This document shows, in pieces, positions 17,907 through 26,763 of a DNA stretch of 57,168 bases; the first letter of the stretch is position 1; each line of letters opens with the position of its first letter. The notes under the pieces are model-generated. The model worked only from the letters and a program-made list of their open reading frames with translations, had not been told where the DNA came from and did no database searches. A program made the translations under genes and the position numbers. Source of the stretch: a virus (taxonomy: Duplodnaviria; Caudoviricetes); IMG/VR virus record IMGVR_UViG_3300021976_000017, positions 1 to 57,168 of that record. One strand, written 5' to 3'.

Positions 17907-18706
17907 GGCTCGGGCTTCCAGTCAGCGGGTGGCTCGGGCCATGCATCCCCGTCGCCCATCTCGCGGGCGGCAGGCACCTCATCAGCCGCGGGAGCGCCCG
18001 GCGCGGGCTGGGAGTTGAACCCAGAAGCCACGCCGCTCTCCGCGCCGGGCAGGGGCCCCGCGGCAAACTCAGGTTCAACCACCGGCTCCGGTAGCTGCAC
18101 ATCCTCGATCGGCTTGGCCGGCTTGCGTCGAGCGGTGCGCTTGGATGACGTCGGCCTCGCCTCGGCGGGCACGGTCTCATCCGCGTCCTGCAGCTCCTCG
18201 ATCGCGTACGGGATGCCGAGGATCACGTCCGACGCGACGAGGCGGCAGCATTCGCTCGTGGCCCGCGCTACGAGCATCGCCTGCGGCTGCTTACGCCATT
18301 GATCCCGTCCAGCCAGACCGAGCGCCTTGGCCCGGTCGATCGTCCAGATCGATTTCTGGATCTGGTCGGTGCCTTTGCGTCGGCCGCAGACGATCGCTCG
18401 GGTGCTGTTCGCTTCCTCTAGCCACACCTCGTGGCCCTTGGACTGGACGAGCCCCCGGAGGGCGTGAGCGCGCATCGCGGGCGTGCCGGAGATGATGTCG
18501 ATGGAGCGGAGCGCCGCCATGGGGGCGAGCCCGATCTCCTGACCCGTGAGGATCGCGGCGGTCGCCTCGTCCGCCTTGCCGCGCATGGAGTCGGGCACGA
18601 ACGCCGTCTTGACTAGGGACGTGGCGATCTTGTGCGCTTCGCCGGCGTCCATCGCCCACTGCATGAGTTCGGAGACGTGCTGCTCGGGGATCGCTATCTC
18701 GGTCAT
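17903..18706 (-). CDS. RecT/Rad52-like single-strand annealing protein
   Basis: AIL.G.EIGL.PM.AL.SI.II.G.P, W..QP..ML.ARA; follows exonuclease. Confidence 0.75.
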   Translation of the reverse strand: MTEIAIPEQHVSELMQWAMDAGEAHKIATSLVKTAFVPDSMRGKADEATAAILTGQEIGLAPMAALRSIDIISGTPAMRAHALRGLVQSKGHEVWLEEANSTRAIVCGRRKGTDQIQKSIWTIDRAKALGLAGRDQWRKQPQAMLVARATSECCRLVASDVILGIPYAIEELQDADETVPAEARPTSSKRTARRKPAKPIEDVQLPEPVVEPEFAAGPLPGAESGVASGFNSQPAPGAPAADEVPAAREMGDGDAWPEPPADWKPEP

Positions 18707-19461
18707 GACGCTGCCTGGCCTGGCTCGCGCTCCGGGCTGATCAGCCGGTCGCGCATGTCCTTCGTCTGGCGGGCGAGCCACGCCACGTGCTGGAAGATCT
18801 TGAAGCCCTGCGCGAGGTCCACCTCGTACACCGAGTAGCCGTCTGCCCGGATCCACACGGCCATGCCATGGGTGATCCCGAGGTCCGCGATCGGCTGCTC
18901 GTCGCCGTGGTCGTCGAGCCACACATCGGCGTTGGCGTAGGCGCCGAGTTGGATGGCGGTCTCCCCGAAGATCCCCGACCGGCTCGTCTTGTAGTCCATG
19001 AGCGGCACCCCGCCGTCCGGCAGGCGAGCGAGGAGGTCGAACGTCCCCGCATACCCCCACGTGCGGGAAGCGACGACGGTCTCCGTGCGGAGCACCTCGG
19101 GCTTCCATTCGTCGAGGAACGCAATCGCCGACTCGACATGACCCGCGAGCTCCTCGGGCACATCGACTTCCTCGTGGCGGGACAGCTTCTCGGCGAGCGC
19201 GTGAACCTCCGTGCCCCGCTTCGACGCCTGATCAAGATCCATGTAGCGGGCGCGCTTCAACGTGTCGAGCCGCTTCGACGGAGTCTCCTGCGCGAGGTCT
19301 TCCCAGTGGTCGACCGCGTAGGCGGCGGTGGTGTTCGCGGCCCATCCGACCAACGCGGGTTTCGGCATGCCGTCGCCGATGAGCGTCGTCACCCCGTCGG
19401 CCTTCCGGCCGTCGATCTCGTAGGAGTGGCCACGGCCACGGTTGATACGTTTGATCGTCAT
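18703..19461 (-). CDS. PD-(D/E)XK exonuclease (RecE/Cas4-like)
   Basis: GVTT.I, RGTEVH, YAGTFD, DYKT, QL.AY. Confidence 0.85.
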   Translation of the reverse strand: MTIKRINRGRGHSYEIDGRKADGVTTLIGDGMPKPALVGWAANTTAAYAVDHWEDLAQETPSKRLDTLKRARYMDLDQASKRGTEVHALAEKLSRHEEVDVPEELAGHVESAIAFLDEWKPEVLRTETVVASRTWGYAGTFDLLARLPDGGVPLMDYKTSRSGIFGETAIQLGAYANADVWLDDHGDEQPIADLGITHGMAVWIRADGYSVYEVDLAQGFKIFQHVAWLARQTKDMRDRLISPEREPGQAAS

Positions 19462-19793
19462 CGGGCCAACACCACCGCGGTGAGCAGCAGCGCTGCGAGT
19501 GCAGCCGGGAACACCAGCGGACTAACCCACTCGCGTACACCGAGGACGCGTCGGTCGGAGAACTCCGAGCGGACGATGTGCGCGAACCGCCGCACGACCA
19601 GTTCGAGGTCGCCGCTGCCGGCGTTCTGCAACGGGATCGCTTCCGCGATGAACTCGCGGAGAAGATGGTTCGGCATCCACTCAAACTCGCCGGCGAGCGC
19701 AGCAGGGGCGTCGCTACTGCCGAGCGCGGTCAACGCGGTTTGGGCGAGCACCGCCTCGTCGAGGTCACGGACAGGACGCAGCAAAGTCAGCAT
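19458..19793 (-). CDS. Hypothetical protein with C-terminal TM segment
   Basis: ORF track. Confidence 0.5.
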   Translation of the reverse strand: MLTLLRPVRDLDEAVLAQTALTALGSSDAPAALAGEFEWMPNHLLREFIAEAIPLQNAGSGDLELVVRRFAHIVRSEFSDRRVLGVREWVSPLVFPAALAALLLTAVVLAR

Positions 19794-19902
19794 CAGTGGT
19801 TGTCCCTCCGGTCGACGTTGTGCAGGGCAGCCCAGACGAACACGAACGCCACGTTGAACAGCAGCCATGAGCCGAGGCCGACCCACAGCCAGTCGAGGCC
19901 GT

Positions 19903-20211
19903 TCACGGCGTCATCTCCTGCGTCTGCGCCTGCTGCAGGTCGGCGTCCTTGGGCTCGTCTGCTGCTCTCGTCTTGTCCAGGTTGTCGGCGAGGTCGCTGG
20001 CCAGCTCTGCGAGACGCCGCAGCGTGTCCGAGTCGTCGACCAGCAGGATGAGGTCCGCGCCGATGTTCAGGTGCGCCGACCAGTTGCCCGGGTTGCCGAT
20101 CACGACCGACCGCATTTGAATGTCGAGGGGCAGGGTCGTCTGGTAGTTGTGCTGCGAGGCGCTGTAAACGCTGCCCGACTCGTGCCGGTGCAGATGCGTG
20201 TACTTGCTCAT
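19903..20211 (-). CDS. Hypothetical protein
   Basis: ORF track; coupled. Confidence 0.55.
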   Translation of the reverse strand: MSKYTHLHRHESGSVYSASQHNYQTTLPLDIQMRSVVIGNPGNWSAHLNIGADLILLVDDSDTLRRLAELASDLADNLDKTRAADEPKDADLQQAQTQEMTP

Positions 20212-20432
20212 CGGTCGACCTGCAGCATCGTTCCGGCGGCCAAGTGCTGGACGAAGTCAGGGAACTCGTCGGTGACGAACGCGACCCCGCCGCCGGTGTC
20301 GACGTCGACCCGCTTGATGTGTTCATCCCAGTTGGGGCGGTGCATCAGGTCGTGGGCGTGGAGTTCACCGGCCGGGATCGTGATCCGCGCGGCGATGTTC
20401 GCGGGTTGGGCTTTGATCTGCTGTACTTGCAT
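20208..20432 (-). CDS. Hypothetical protein
   Basis: GAGGAAGG RBS; ORF track. Confidence 0.55.
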   Translation of the reverse strand: MQVQQIKAQPANIAARITIPAGELHAHDLMHRPNWDEHIKRVDVDTGGGVAFVTDEFPDFVQHLAAGTMLQVDR

Positions 20433-20463
20433 CTGACTGGCCTTCCTCGATGGGTCTGGTCGT

Positions 20464-20495
20464 GGCCGCCCGGGTTCTGGTCCACCCGGGCGGCC
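20464..20495 (-). terminator. GC-rich hairpin (GGCCGCCCGGGT/ACCCGGGCGGCC)
   Basis: Perfect 12-bp inverted repeat in an intergenic gap. Confidence 0.55.
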
Positions 20496-20499
20496 CCTT

Positions 20500-20715
20500 C
20501 TATTTCGGGGTTGCTCCGGTGGCGGCAGGCTCGGGGGGATGACCCACCGCCACCGGAGCTTTCGGGGCCGCCGCGTGCGCGATCAGGTGTTCCGCGCAGT
20601 AGCGGGTCATGGGGATGACGGGTTGGTCGCAGCGCACCGAGACGCGTTGGCCGTGGTCGATCCAGGGGAGTCGGCCGACGCACTGGTCGAAGTGGCCGAG
20701 GGGCATCGCGCTCAT
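20500..20715 (-). CDS. Small Cys-containing protein
   Basis: C...RC...YCAEH; coupled to upstream HTH. Confidence 0.5.
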   Translation of the reverse strand: MSAMPLGHFDQCVGRLPWIDHGQRVSVRCDQPVIPMTRYCAEHLIAHAAAPKAPVAVGHPPEPAATGATPK

Positions 20716-20957
20716 GACGCTCGCCGCCGGGATCCGGCCGGGCGCAGGTCCCCGGGGTTCGCTGGAACGTGCGTGTGCATGGCGACGATCTGTTCGAGCT
20801 GCGCCTCGCTGAAATGGATCTTGTTGGCGATGCGGGTGTACGGGATGCGGGACTTCTGCACGTTGTCCTGAAGCCACCTCGCGGTGAGTTGCAGACCGTG
20901 CTCGGTCAGCAGCGCCGCAGCCGCTTCAAGGCTGTAGAAGGTGGGGATGCCGGTCAT
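20712..20957 (-). CDS. Excisionase-like HTH protein
   Basis: YSLEAAA.LL...WL....IPYTRI...I.FSEAQL. Confidence 0.75.
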   Translation of the reverse strand: MTGIPTFYSLEAAAALLTEHGLQLTARWLQDNVQKSRIPYTRIANKIHFSEAQLEQIVAMHTHVPANPGDLRPAGSRRRAS

Positions 20958-21202
20958 GCGACCGGCTCGCAGGTCTTGGCCGAGGGGTAGGTGCACAAAG
21001 CAGCGACCGTCGTGTCGAGCGCCGCCGCGATCCGTTCCAGGTCGGCGAGGGAGAAGGGCACCTCGCCGCTGAGGCGCTTGGACAGCGCCGACTCGTGCTT
21101 GAATCCCGCGCTGCGCACGAGGTCGACCTGCGCCCATCCGCGAGTCTTCAACTCGTCTCGGATGACGGCCACGACGTGCTGCGTGATGGGAACTTCCTGC
21201 AT
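20954..21202 (-). CDS. Cro-like XRE HTH regulator
   Basis: W.Q.DL....G..ESALSKRLSGEVPFSL.DL.RIA.AL; first gene of the leftward early operon. Confidence 0.85.
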   Translation of the reverse strand: MQEVPITQHVVAVIRDELKTRGWAQVDLVRSAGFKHESALSKRLSGEVPFSLADLERIAAALDTTVAALCTYPSAKTCEPVA

Positions 21203-21211
21203 GACGTGAAG

Positions 21212-21308
21212 ACTTCCCGTTCTAGGAAGCTCTGTCAAGTCAGAGAGAACACTTCCTGTACCGGGAAGTACTCTTAACGCCGAGTTGCTAGTTCCCCTGG
21301 GGGGAACC
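21212..21308. promoter_or_regulatory. Three operator-like palindromes TTCC-N7-GGAA at 39-bp spacing, plus leftward promoter
   Basis: Sites at 21212, 21251, 21290; TTGACA on minus strand at 21238-21233. Confidence 0.75.
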
Positions 21309-21319
21309 TAGGCTGGCCA

Positions 21320-21616
21320 GTGATGAGCACCGAGCAGGCGCCGGCCTTGCCGGACAGCGAGGAGTTCCGGAAGGCGCTTGCCGCCGAACTCCGAGCCCTG
21401 CTCGCCCGAAAAAAGCTGACGCAGCGCGTCGTCGCGCAGCGATTCGGCTGGCGCGAGAACGCGGTGTCCAAGCGGCTGAACGGCGCGGGGTGGGACGTGC
21501 GCGACCTGATGGCCCTGTGCTACATGCTCGGCACGGACATCGGTACGGTGACCGAGGCCGCGCGCCAAGCCGCAGCCGCAGAGGCTGACGGCGAGGACGA
21601 CGCCGCCGCACTCTAA
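21320..21616 (+). CDS. XRE HTH regulator, probable immunity repressor
   Basis: LTQ..VA..FGW.ENAVSKRLNG; divergent from cro-like gene. Confidence 0.8.
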   Translation: MMSTEQAPALPDSEEFRKALAAELRALLARKKLTQRVVAQRFGWRENAVSKRLNGAGWDVRDLMALCYMLGTDIGTVTEAARQAAAAEADGEDDAAAL

Positions 21617-21703
21617 AGTCGGCGTTAAAAACCTGATTAGCGATCTTCGTCAGTGTCGTGTTAGGTCTGTAAGTTCACCTCAGCCGATCATGACGAAGGG
21701 GCG

Positions 21704-22000
21704 ATGCGTATGCGGCAGGTGACACCAATGATTGAGCGGGTGGGGACAGCAGCAACCTCACTCGTCGGAGGGATCGGTCTACTCGCGGCCAGCTGCGCGG
21801 TAGACAACAGGCCCAGCCACGCGCTGAGCACCGCCGGATGGGTTTTCTTCATGACCGGCGGCGGCCTGTTCCTCCTCCAAGCACTGCTGCACGACCGCAA
21901 CTACTCGCGCGGTCACCGCGACGGCTGGCGGCTCCGCCATAAGGTCGATTCGCACCTGTCGATCGTTCCTGACGAGGACAGGCAGCGCGCCCAGCATTAG
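21704..22000 (+). CDS. Membrane protein
   Basis: Two hydrophobic segments. Confidence 0.55.
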   Translation: MRMRQVTPMIERVGTAATSLVGGIGLLAASCAVDNRPSHALSTAGWVFFMTGGGLFLLQALLHDRNYSRGHRDGWRLRHKVDSHLSIVPDEDRQRAQH

Positions 22001-22176
22001 TGTCGGCGTGCGAGGAGCCGGGCGATCGCCCCGCCCGGCCCCTTCTCGCAGATCAACGAACACACACCGTAAATGTGACGGTCGATCTTGCCGACGTTTT
22101 CCGATCGGATCAGCACGAAGCGGCATTTAGCGTGTCCCCTACGCCTTCATGATCACCAACCGGGCAGTCTGCGGCC

Positions 22177-22515
22177 GTGGAGGACTGGTCGCGCGTCGGC
22201 GTGCAGATCCGCGCCGCACGCCGCCGCCTCGGCTACACCGTGAAAACCCTGGCTGAAGCGACCCACCTGTCGACCCGCACGATCAACAATCTGGAGCACG
22301 GCCACCAGGGCAACTACGACGACGACACCCTCGGCTTCGTCGAGGCTGCGCTCGGCTGGGACGACGGCGAGATCCGAGCCCGGGCCGCCGGCCAGCGCCC
22401 CCGCCGGACCCACCCCGAGGATCTGCGCCTGGTGATCAGCGCCTGGCCGAGGCTGTCCGAGCCCGACCGGCGGCTGATCGTCCAGATGGTCAGGGAGCGC
22501 CGCGGTCACCGATGA
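22177..22515 (+). CDS. Second XRE HTH regulator
   Basis: IRAARRRLGYT...LA....LSTRTI.NLE.G. Confidence 0.8.
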   Translation: MEDWSRVGVQIRAARRRLGYTVKTLAEATHLSTRTINNLEHGHQGNYDDDTLGFVEAALGWDDGEIRARAAGQRPRRTHPEDLRLVISAWPRLSEPDRRLIVQMVRERRGHR

Positions 22516-22569
22516 CTGGACGCCCGCCGGGGGCCCGGTGGACACTGACGCCAGCATCAGGGGGGAACC

Positions 22570-23046
22570 ATGCTGGCCAAACTCACCATCGCCGCTGTCC
22601 TACTCGCCACAGCCGCCGCGTGCACCTCCGGGAAGCACACCGCCACGAGCACACCGACACCCAGCCCGAGCAGCGGCTCGTCGACGCCAGTCACGGACAC
22701 GCCGACCACTGAGCCCTCGCCGGCCATCGACGAGACCGGCCGCACCACATGCGGCATGTTGAAGGCGAACCGCACGCTGCAGTCCACGATGGGGTTCATC
22801 ATCGTCGCCGGGGTCGTGAACGAAGGCGATGTCCTGCCCACCGTCGACGAGCTGCAGCTCGAGGCGTCCGAGGCGCCGGCCGAATTCCAGCATGGCTTGA
22901 CCAGCCTCGCTGCCGTGCTGCAGGAACTCGACGACTCGCTCGCGGCCGGCGGCGGGGACAGCATCGACACGTCATCAGTGCAGCCCAACGTGAACCAACT
23001 GGTCGGGCTGTGCCGCGCGCGCGGTGTGCCGATCCCTATGGAGTAG
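22570..23046 (+). CDS. Lipoprotein (possible superinfection exclusion)
   Basis: Signal peptide ending LATAAAC; Thr/Pro linker; lysogeny region. Confidence 0.7.
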   Translation: MLAKLTIAAVLLATAAACTSGKHTATSTPTPSPSSGSSTPVTDTPTTEPSPAIDETGRTTCGMLKANRTLQSTMGFIIVAGVVNEGDVLPTVDELQLEASEAPAEFQHGLTSLAAVLQELDDSLAAGGGDSIDTSSVQPNVNQLVGLCRARGVPIPME

Positions 23047-24352
23047 CCACCCGCCTGAACGCCACCACCACATCGCTGCCGGTGTCGTCGAGCCACTCCA
23101 GGGACCGCTCGACCGCGTCGTTCACCGCGTCGTCCATCTCGGGCATCTCATGCCCGTACCGGTCGACCGTGACCTGGATGGAGGCGTGACCGAGCCGCTT
23201 CGAGATCACCGGCAGGGACAGCCCCTCGGCGATGAGCAGCGACGCGTAGGAGTGCCGCAGGTCATGCACCCGCGGCTCCTTCGTCAGCACCCCTTGGCAC
23301 TGGCACGGCCTCGCGGCCGGCGGCCGGATCCGTTTACCGGTCTCGGCCTGCCGGGCGAGCCGCTTCGCCTTCTCCCCGACGGTCTCACCGCCGGCCTCGA
23401 CATGCTCGTCGCAGACGGAGGCGCGGGCGACGGCCGGGATCCACGCGTTGTCGTGGAACGTCGAGTTCAGCAGCTGCCCACCGAACCGGGCCGGGAACAC
23501 CAGGTCGTCCGCGCGGCGGCCACCGATCAGCGGGCGCAGCGCGGCGACCAGCCGCGGCGAGAGGGTGAGCTTGCGGCGGGCGCGGCGGGTCTTCGGCTCA
23601 CCGACCGAATAGGTGCCGTCGTCCTGCCGCTTCCACGCCCGCACGACCCGCACCGCCGGCCGTTTCCCGTCTAGGACCAGGTCGCCGACCCGCAGCGCGG
23701 TCGCCTCGCTGTACCGCAGCCCAGTCGCCCACAGCAGCAGCGTCAGCGGCCGGTAGAACTCGGGGACGTGCCGGTAGATGAGCGCGAACTCGGCCGGGGT
23801 GAGGAACACCATCTCCTCGGCCTTCACGTCGGGCAGCTCGCGCAGCTTCGACGCGAACGGGTTGTGGTCACACACCGGCGGCCGGTGCGTCATCCCGTCG
23901 GACATGATCGAGGACACCAGGCCGTGGACGTTCTGGATGGTCTTCGCGGCGAGCTCGGCGGCGATCAGCTGGTCGAGCCAGGTCGCGACGTGGGTCGCGG
24001 TGATGCCGTCAACGGGGAGATGCGCGAGGTGGGGGTGGACGTGCCGCTCGAGGTCGCGCCGGTAGTCGGCCTTCGTGCGGTCGTTGGCCTTGGTGCGCAG
24101 GCTGACGGCCTGCTCGGCCCATTCGCGGAACGTGATGCCGGCGCCGGTCTTGGCTTCGCCGGTATAGCCGTGGCCTTTGATCCAGCCGTGCGGCCACCGG
24201 TTGCCGGACCCTTCGACGAGCCCCTTGAACCGGGTCGCCTCGTCTGCGGTGACGAACAGTTCGGTCTGCCGGTCGGGGCGCCCAGCCTGCCGCCAGTACA
24301 CGCGCCACGTGGGGCCAGTGGTCTTGTTCTCACGCTTCTGGATTCCCGCCAT
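23036..24352 (-). CDS. int: Tyrosine integrase
   Basis: TGLRYSE, EPKT, HDLRH, LGH, DRYGH catalytic residues; likely start MAGIQKRE. Confidence 0.95.
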   Translation of the reverse strand: MAGIQKRENKTTGPTWRVYWRQAGRPDRQTELFVTADEATRFKGLVEGSGNRWPHGWIKGHGYTGEAKTGAGITFREWAEQAVSLRTKANDRTKADYRRDLERHVHPHLAHLPVDGITATHVATWLDQLIAAELAAKTIQNVHGLVSSIMSDGMTHRPPVCDHNPFASKLRELPDVKAEEMVFLTPAEFALIYRHVPEFYRPLTLLLWATGLRYSEATALRVGDLVLDGKRPAVRVVRAWKRQDDGTYSVGEPKTRRARRKLTLSPRLVAALRPLIGGRRADDLVFPARFGGQLLNSTFHDNAWIPAVARASVCDEHVEAGGETVGEKAKRLARQAETGKRIRPPAARPCQCQGVLTKEPRVHDLRHSYASLLIAEGLSLPVISKRLGHASIQVTVDRYGHEMPEMDDAVNDAVERSLEWLDDTGSDVVVAFRRVATP

Positions 24353-24410
24353 AACCGGGCATCCTAGCGCGAGGCCGGTTCCATGCCGGTTCCGCGACTC
24401 CCCCGAGACG

Positions 24411-24440
24411 CTTGCAGCCCCGGATTTCCGGGGCTGCAAG
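24411..24440 (-). terminator. Hairpin directly after the att core
   Basis: CTTGCAGCCCCGGA/TCCGGGGCTGCAAG perfect inverted repeat. Confidence 0.7.
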
Positions 24441-24467
24441 AGTGGAGGTGGCGGGAATCGAACCCGC
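24441..24467 (-). other. attP core resembling the 3' end of tmRNA (ssrA) or tRNA-Ala
   Basis: GCGGGTTCGATTCCCGCCACCTCCA = T-arm plus acceptor 3' strand with Ala-type U70/A73; next to integrase. Confidence 0.8.
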
Positions 24468-24599
24468 CTGAACGGCCCGTGAACGTTGCCCCCGGTCGAA
24501 TCAGCCCAACAAATACGGGCGGTACCTACCGGGGCCTGACAACCAGAGACAGCGTCAGACACCCGTTTGGTGCCGCGCGGAACCAAGGATCCGGCCGAG

Positions 24600-24818
24600 C
24601 TAGTGGCGGATGCGCCCTTGGACAACAGCGGCGATGAGCTCGGGTGAGCAACCGACAGCAGCGGCGAGACGCACGTAGGTCCAGTGTCCCGGGTCGGTCT
24701 GACGTAGCTGGCGAATCAGCTGGTCGCGTTGTCTGCGGTGCTGGTCCGCCAGCTTCCCGGCCTCGGCGATTGCGCGGTGATGCTCGCGGGCCTGTTGGGC
24801 GCGGGCATCAGATGGCAC
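24600..24818 (-). CDS. Small HTH-like protein downstream of Ro60
   Basis: RDQLIRQL...WTYVRLAAAVGCSPELIA; overlaps Ro60 stop. Confidence 0.7.
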   Translation of the reverse strand: MPSDARAQQAREHHRAIAEAGKLADQHRRQRDQLIRQLRQTDPGHWTYVRLAAAVGCSPELIAAVVQGRIRH

Positions 24819-26418
24819 GGCGAGAGAAGTCCGAGATCAGCGTCGGGACAGCGGAGTCCAGCCCGGCGATGTCGAGCATGCCGGGATCCGTGGGGTCGGC
24901 GATGCTGAACTGGGTCGGGGTCATGGCCATCACAATGAGTCGGGCGTCTATGCCGCTGGCCTGCCGGTAGGCGCGCAACGCCTGATGCGGGTGAACAGTC
25001 CCGGCCCACGTCTCGTTGTCGGTATAGATGCAGAACGTGTCGACCTCGAGGTTGTTCCGCTGGGCGTGGAGCATCGGCAGAGCACAGTCGGTACGACCGA
25101 ACGGCAGGTTCGACACCGCAGAGACGGCGTCATCCAGCCGCTGCCGGGGACTGATGGCCAGTTCGGTCAAGGCGGAGGTCGTGTTGTATGACCAGTTGTT
25201 ACCGCTTCCGGTGAATCCGACGATCATGTGCTGCGGCTCGGTGGCGGCCGTCACGAGCGCGAGCGCAGCTGACGCTTCACGGCAGGACAGCGGCATCCCG
25301 GCCACAGCGGATGTCATCGACCCCGACACGTCCAGCGCCAGCATGGTCCGCTTGCCTGCGGGCTCAACCGCCCCGAACGCGGCGTAGAACGCACCGTCGA
25401 GCGCGTCCACGATGCCCGCGACAGGAGTCCACTCACCCTGGCCGCGAGCGGACTGCCCCGACGCGTACGTGCGGGCAGCGACGAGCACGTTGACTGGGTG
25501 GACGCGTGCCTTGCGGAGCTTCTCTGGGTCAGCCAGCTGTTCGGCGACGGTCTTCCCGGTGGCACTCATCGGCTTCAACACGCCGAGACGCGTCAACCGG
25601 GGAAGCTGCCGCATCAACGCGGTCTGCGGCATGCCCTTTTCGATCAGCGCAGCCCACACGGCGGGTTCGCCCAGAGCAGTGTCGGGGAGCATCTCCCACG
25701 ACACCGGCGCCGAACCGATGCACTCCAACCAGCCAGCCACGGTCGTGGCGCGCTGCGCGTTCTCGAACGCGTCAACGATCGCTGGCACCTCGCGGTTGTC
25801 CCGGCCGCAGATCCAATTGAACAGCGACTTCCGGGCCGTCTCATCGGTCGGCGGGTGGGCGAGGCGGAGTAGGTCACGGTGAGTCCAACCGTCCCGCTGC
25901 CGGTACTTCACAGCCTGGTACGCCACATCGTCGACCGGCTTGGACAGGTACCAGTCGGCGACCGCGCGCCGCAGCCCACGGCCCCAGCCACGGAACTGCT
26001 CGACGTAGCTGGCGAACAGGAACAGGTGCGTTCCCGTGCGAGCAACGAGGGGCAGTGCGTCGAGTGCGGCCTTCCGACCCTCAGCATCACCGAGGGACGC
26101 TGCGGCGGCGAGGGCGAAGATCGCTGGGTTCTGGCGAGGTGCCCGTCCGGACGTGGACAGTGAAACGATCTCAGCGACGAGTTCGGTCGAGCGCTGCCGC
26201 GCCCAATCCAGTACGACTCCGGCGTTGTCCTTCGTCACCTCAGACTGGCTCGTGTAGTACGTGCCGCCCTCCGTGCCTAGGACCAGGAACCGGCGCAGCC
26301 GCGTCTCATCCGAGACGGTGAACGTGTACCCACCGGCGCTGTTCTCCACCTGACGCTTGTCGGCCTGCTCGGACTGCGGGGTGCGTCGCAGGTTGATCGC
26401 GGTCAACGCGTCGGGCAT
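24808..26418 (-). CDS. rsr: Ro60/Rsr TROVE-domain RNA-binding protein with vWA domain
   Basis: NSAGGY.F, RLRRFL.LG.EGGTYY, GWGRGLRRAV, KYRQR.GW.HRDLLRL.H, MIDAS DVSGSM, TDC.LPM, YTDNETW. Confidence 0.95.
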   Translation of the reverse strand: MPDALTAINLRRTPQSEQADKRQVENSAGGYTFTVSDETRLRRFLVLGTEGGTYYTSQSEVTKDNAGVVLDWARQRSTELVAEIVSLSTSGRAPRQNPAIFALAAAASLGDAEGRKAALDALPLVARTGTHLFLFASYVEQFRGWGRGLRRAVADWYLSKPVDDVAYQAVKYRQRDGWTHRDLLRLAHPPTDETARKSLFNWICGRDNREVPAIVDAFENAQRATTVAGWLECIGSAPVSWEMLPDTALGEPAVWAALIEKGMPQTALMRQLPRLTRLGVLKPMSATGKTVAEQLADPEKLRKARVHPVNVLVAARTYASGQSARGQGEWTPVAGIVDALDGAFYAAFGAVEPAGKRTMLALDVSGSMTSAVAGMPLSCREASAALALVTAATEPQHMIVGFTGSGNNWSYNTTSALTELAISPRQRLDDAVSAVSNLPFGRTDCALPMLHAQRNNLEVDTFCIYTDNETWAGTVHPHQALRAYRQASGIDARLIVMAMTPTQFSIADPTDPGMLDIAGLDSAVPTLISDFSRRAI

Positions 26419-26435
26419 CGGCTCTCCAGTCTCAA

Positions 26436-26505
26436 AGCCGTGCGGGCGTGTGAGTAGCTGCCGGGATATCTCCAAGGTAACCGACCGCTTCCGGCCCGCA
26501 CGGCT
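26436..26505 (-). ncRNA. Y-RNA-like module 3 (minimal)
   Basis: 12-bp terminal stem; shared GGGCCGGA..TCGGTTA / CCCGG..TCACACGCCC scaffold. Confidence 0.7.
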
Positions 26506-26518
26506 GTTCAGTTTGAGA

Positions 26519-26613
26519 CGCCGGGCGTGTGATGCGATCCGGGTTTATGTGCGCTGGCCTCACGGCCCCGCTTCCATCCTCCACATGGATAACCGAATCA
26601 CTCCGGCCCGGCG
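26519..26613 (-). ncRNA. Y-RNA-like module 2 (non-tRNA insert)
   Basis: CGCCGGGC terminal stem; same scaffold; insert with GGCC-GTGA-GGCC hairpin. Confidence 0.7.
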
Positions 26614-26630
26614 CTGTTCACTTGTTCAGG

Positions 26631-26754
26631 GGATGGGCGTGTGATGACTGCCGGGTTTAGCGCTCTAGGCCGCTGAGCTACACCCCGAGGGGCGCCGGGA
26701 TTCGAACCCGGGTCTCTCCTGTTAAAGAGGTAACCGACCGTCTCCGGCCCATCC
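26631..26754 (-). ncRNA. yrlA: YrlA-type Y RNA with tRNA-like domain
   Basis: T-arm CCGGGTTCGAATCCCGG, then closed acceptor-like hairpin, then D-arm TAGCTCAGCGGCCTAGAGC (permuted order); upstream of Ro60. Confidence 0.85.
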
Positions 26755-26763
26755 TTACGGCGG

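Noticed and set aside
24441-24510. Complete tmRNA gene
   Set aside because: Far too short, no tag reading frame, and poor acceptor-stem pairing
26660-26715. Canonical tRNA gene
   Set aside because: The T-arm precedes the D-arm, and there is no anticodon arm or CCA end; it fits a YrlA-type mimic
26436-26754. CRISPR-like repeat-spacer array
   Set aside because: The shared motifs pair with each other around each insert, inserts vary widely in length, no cas genes are present and Ro60 is adjacent
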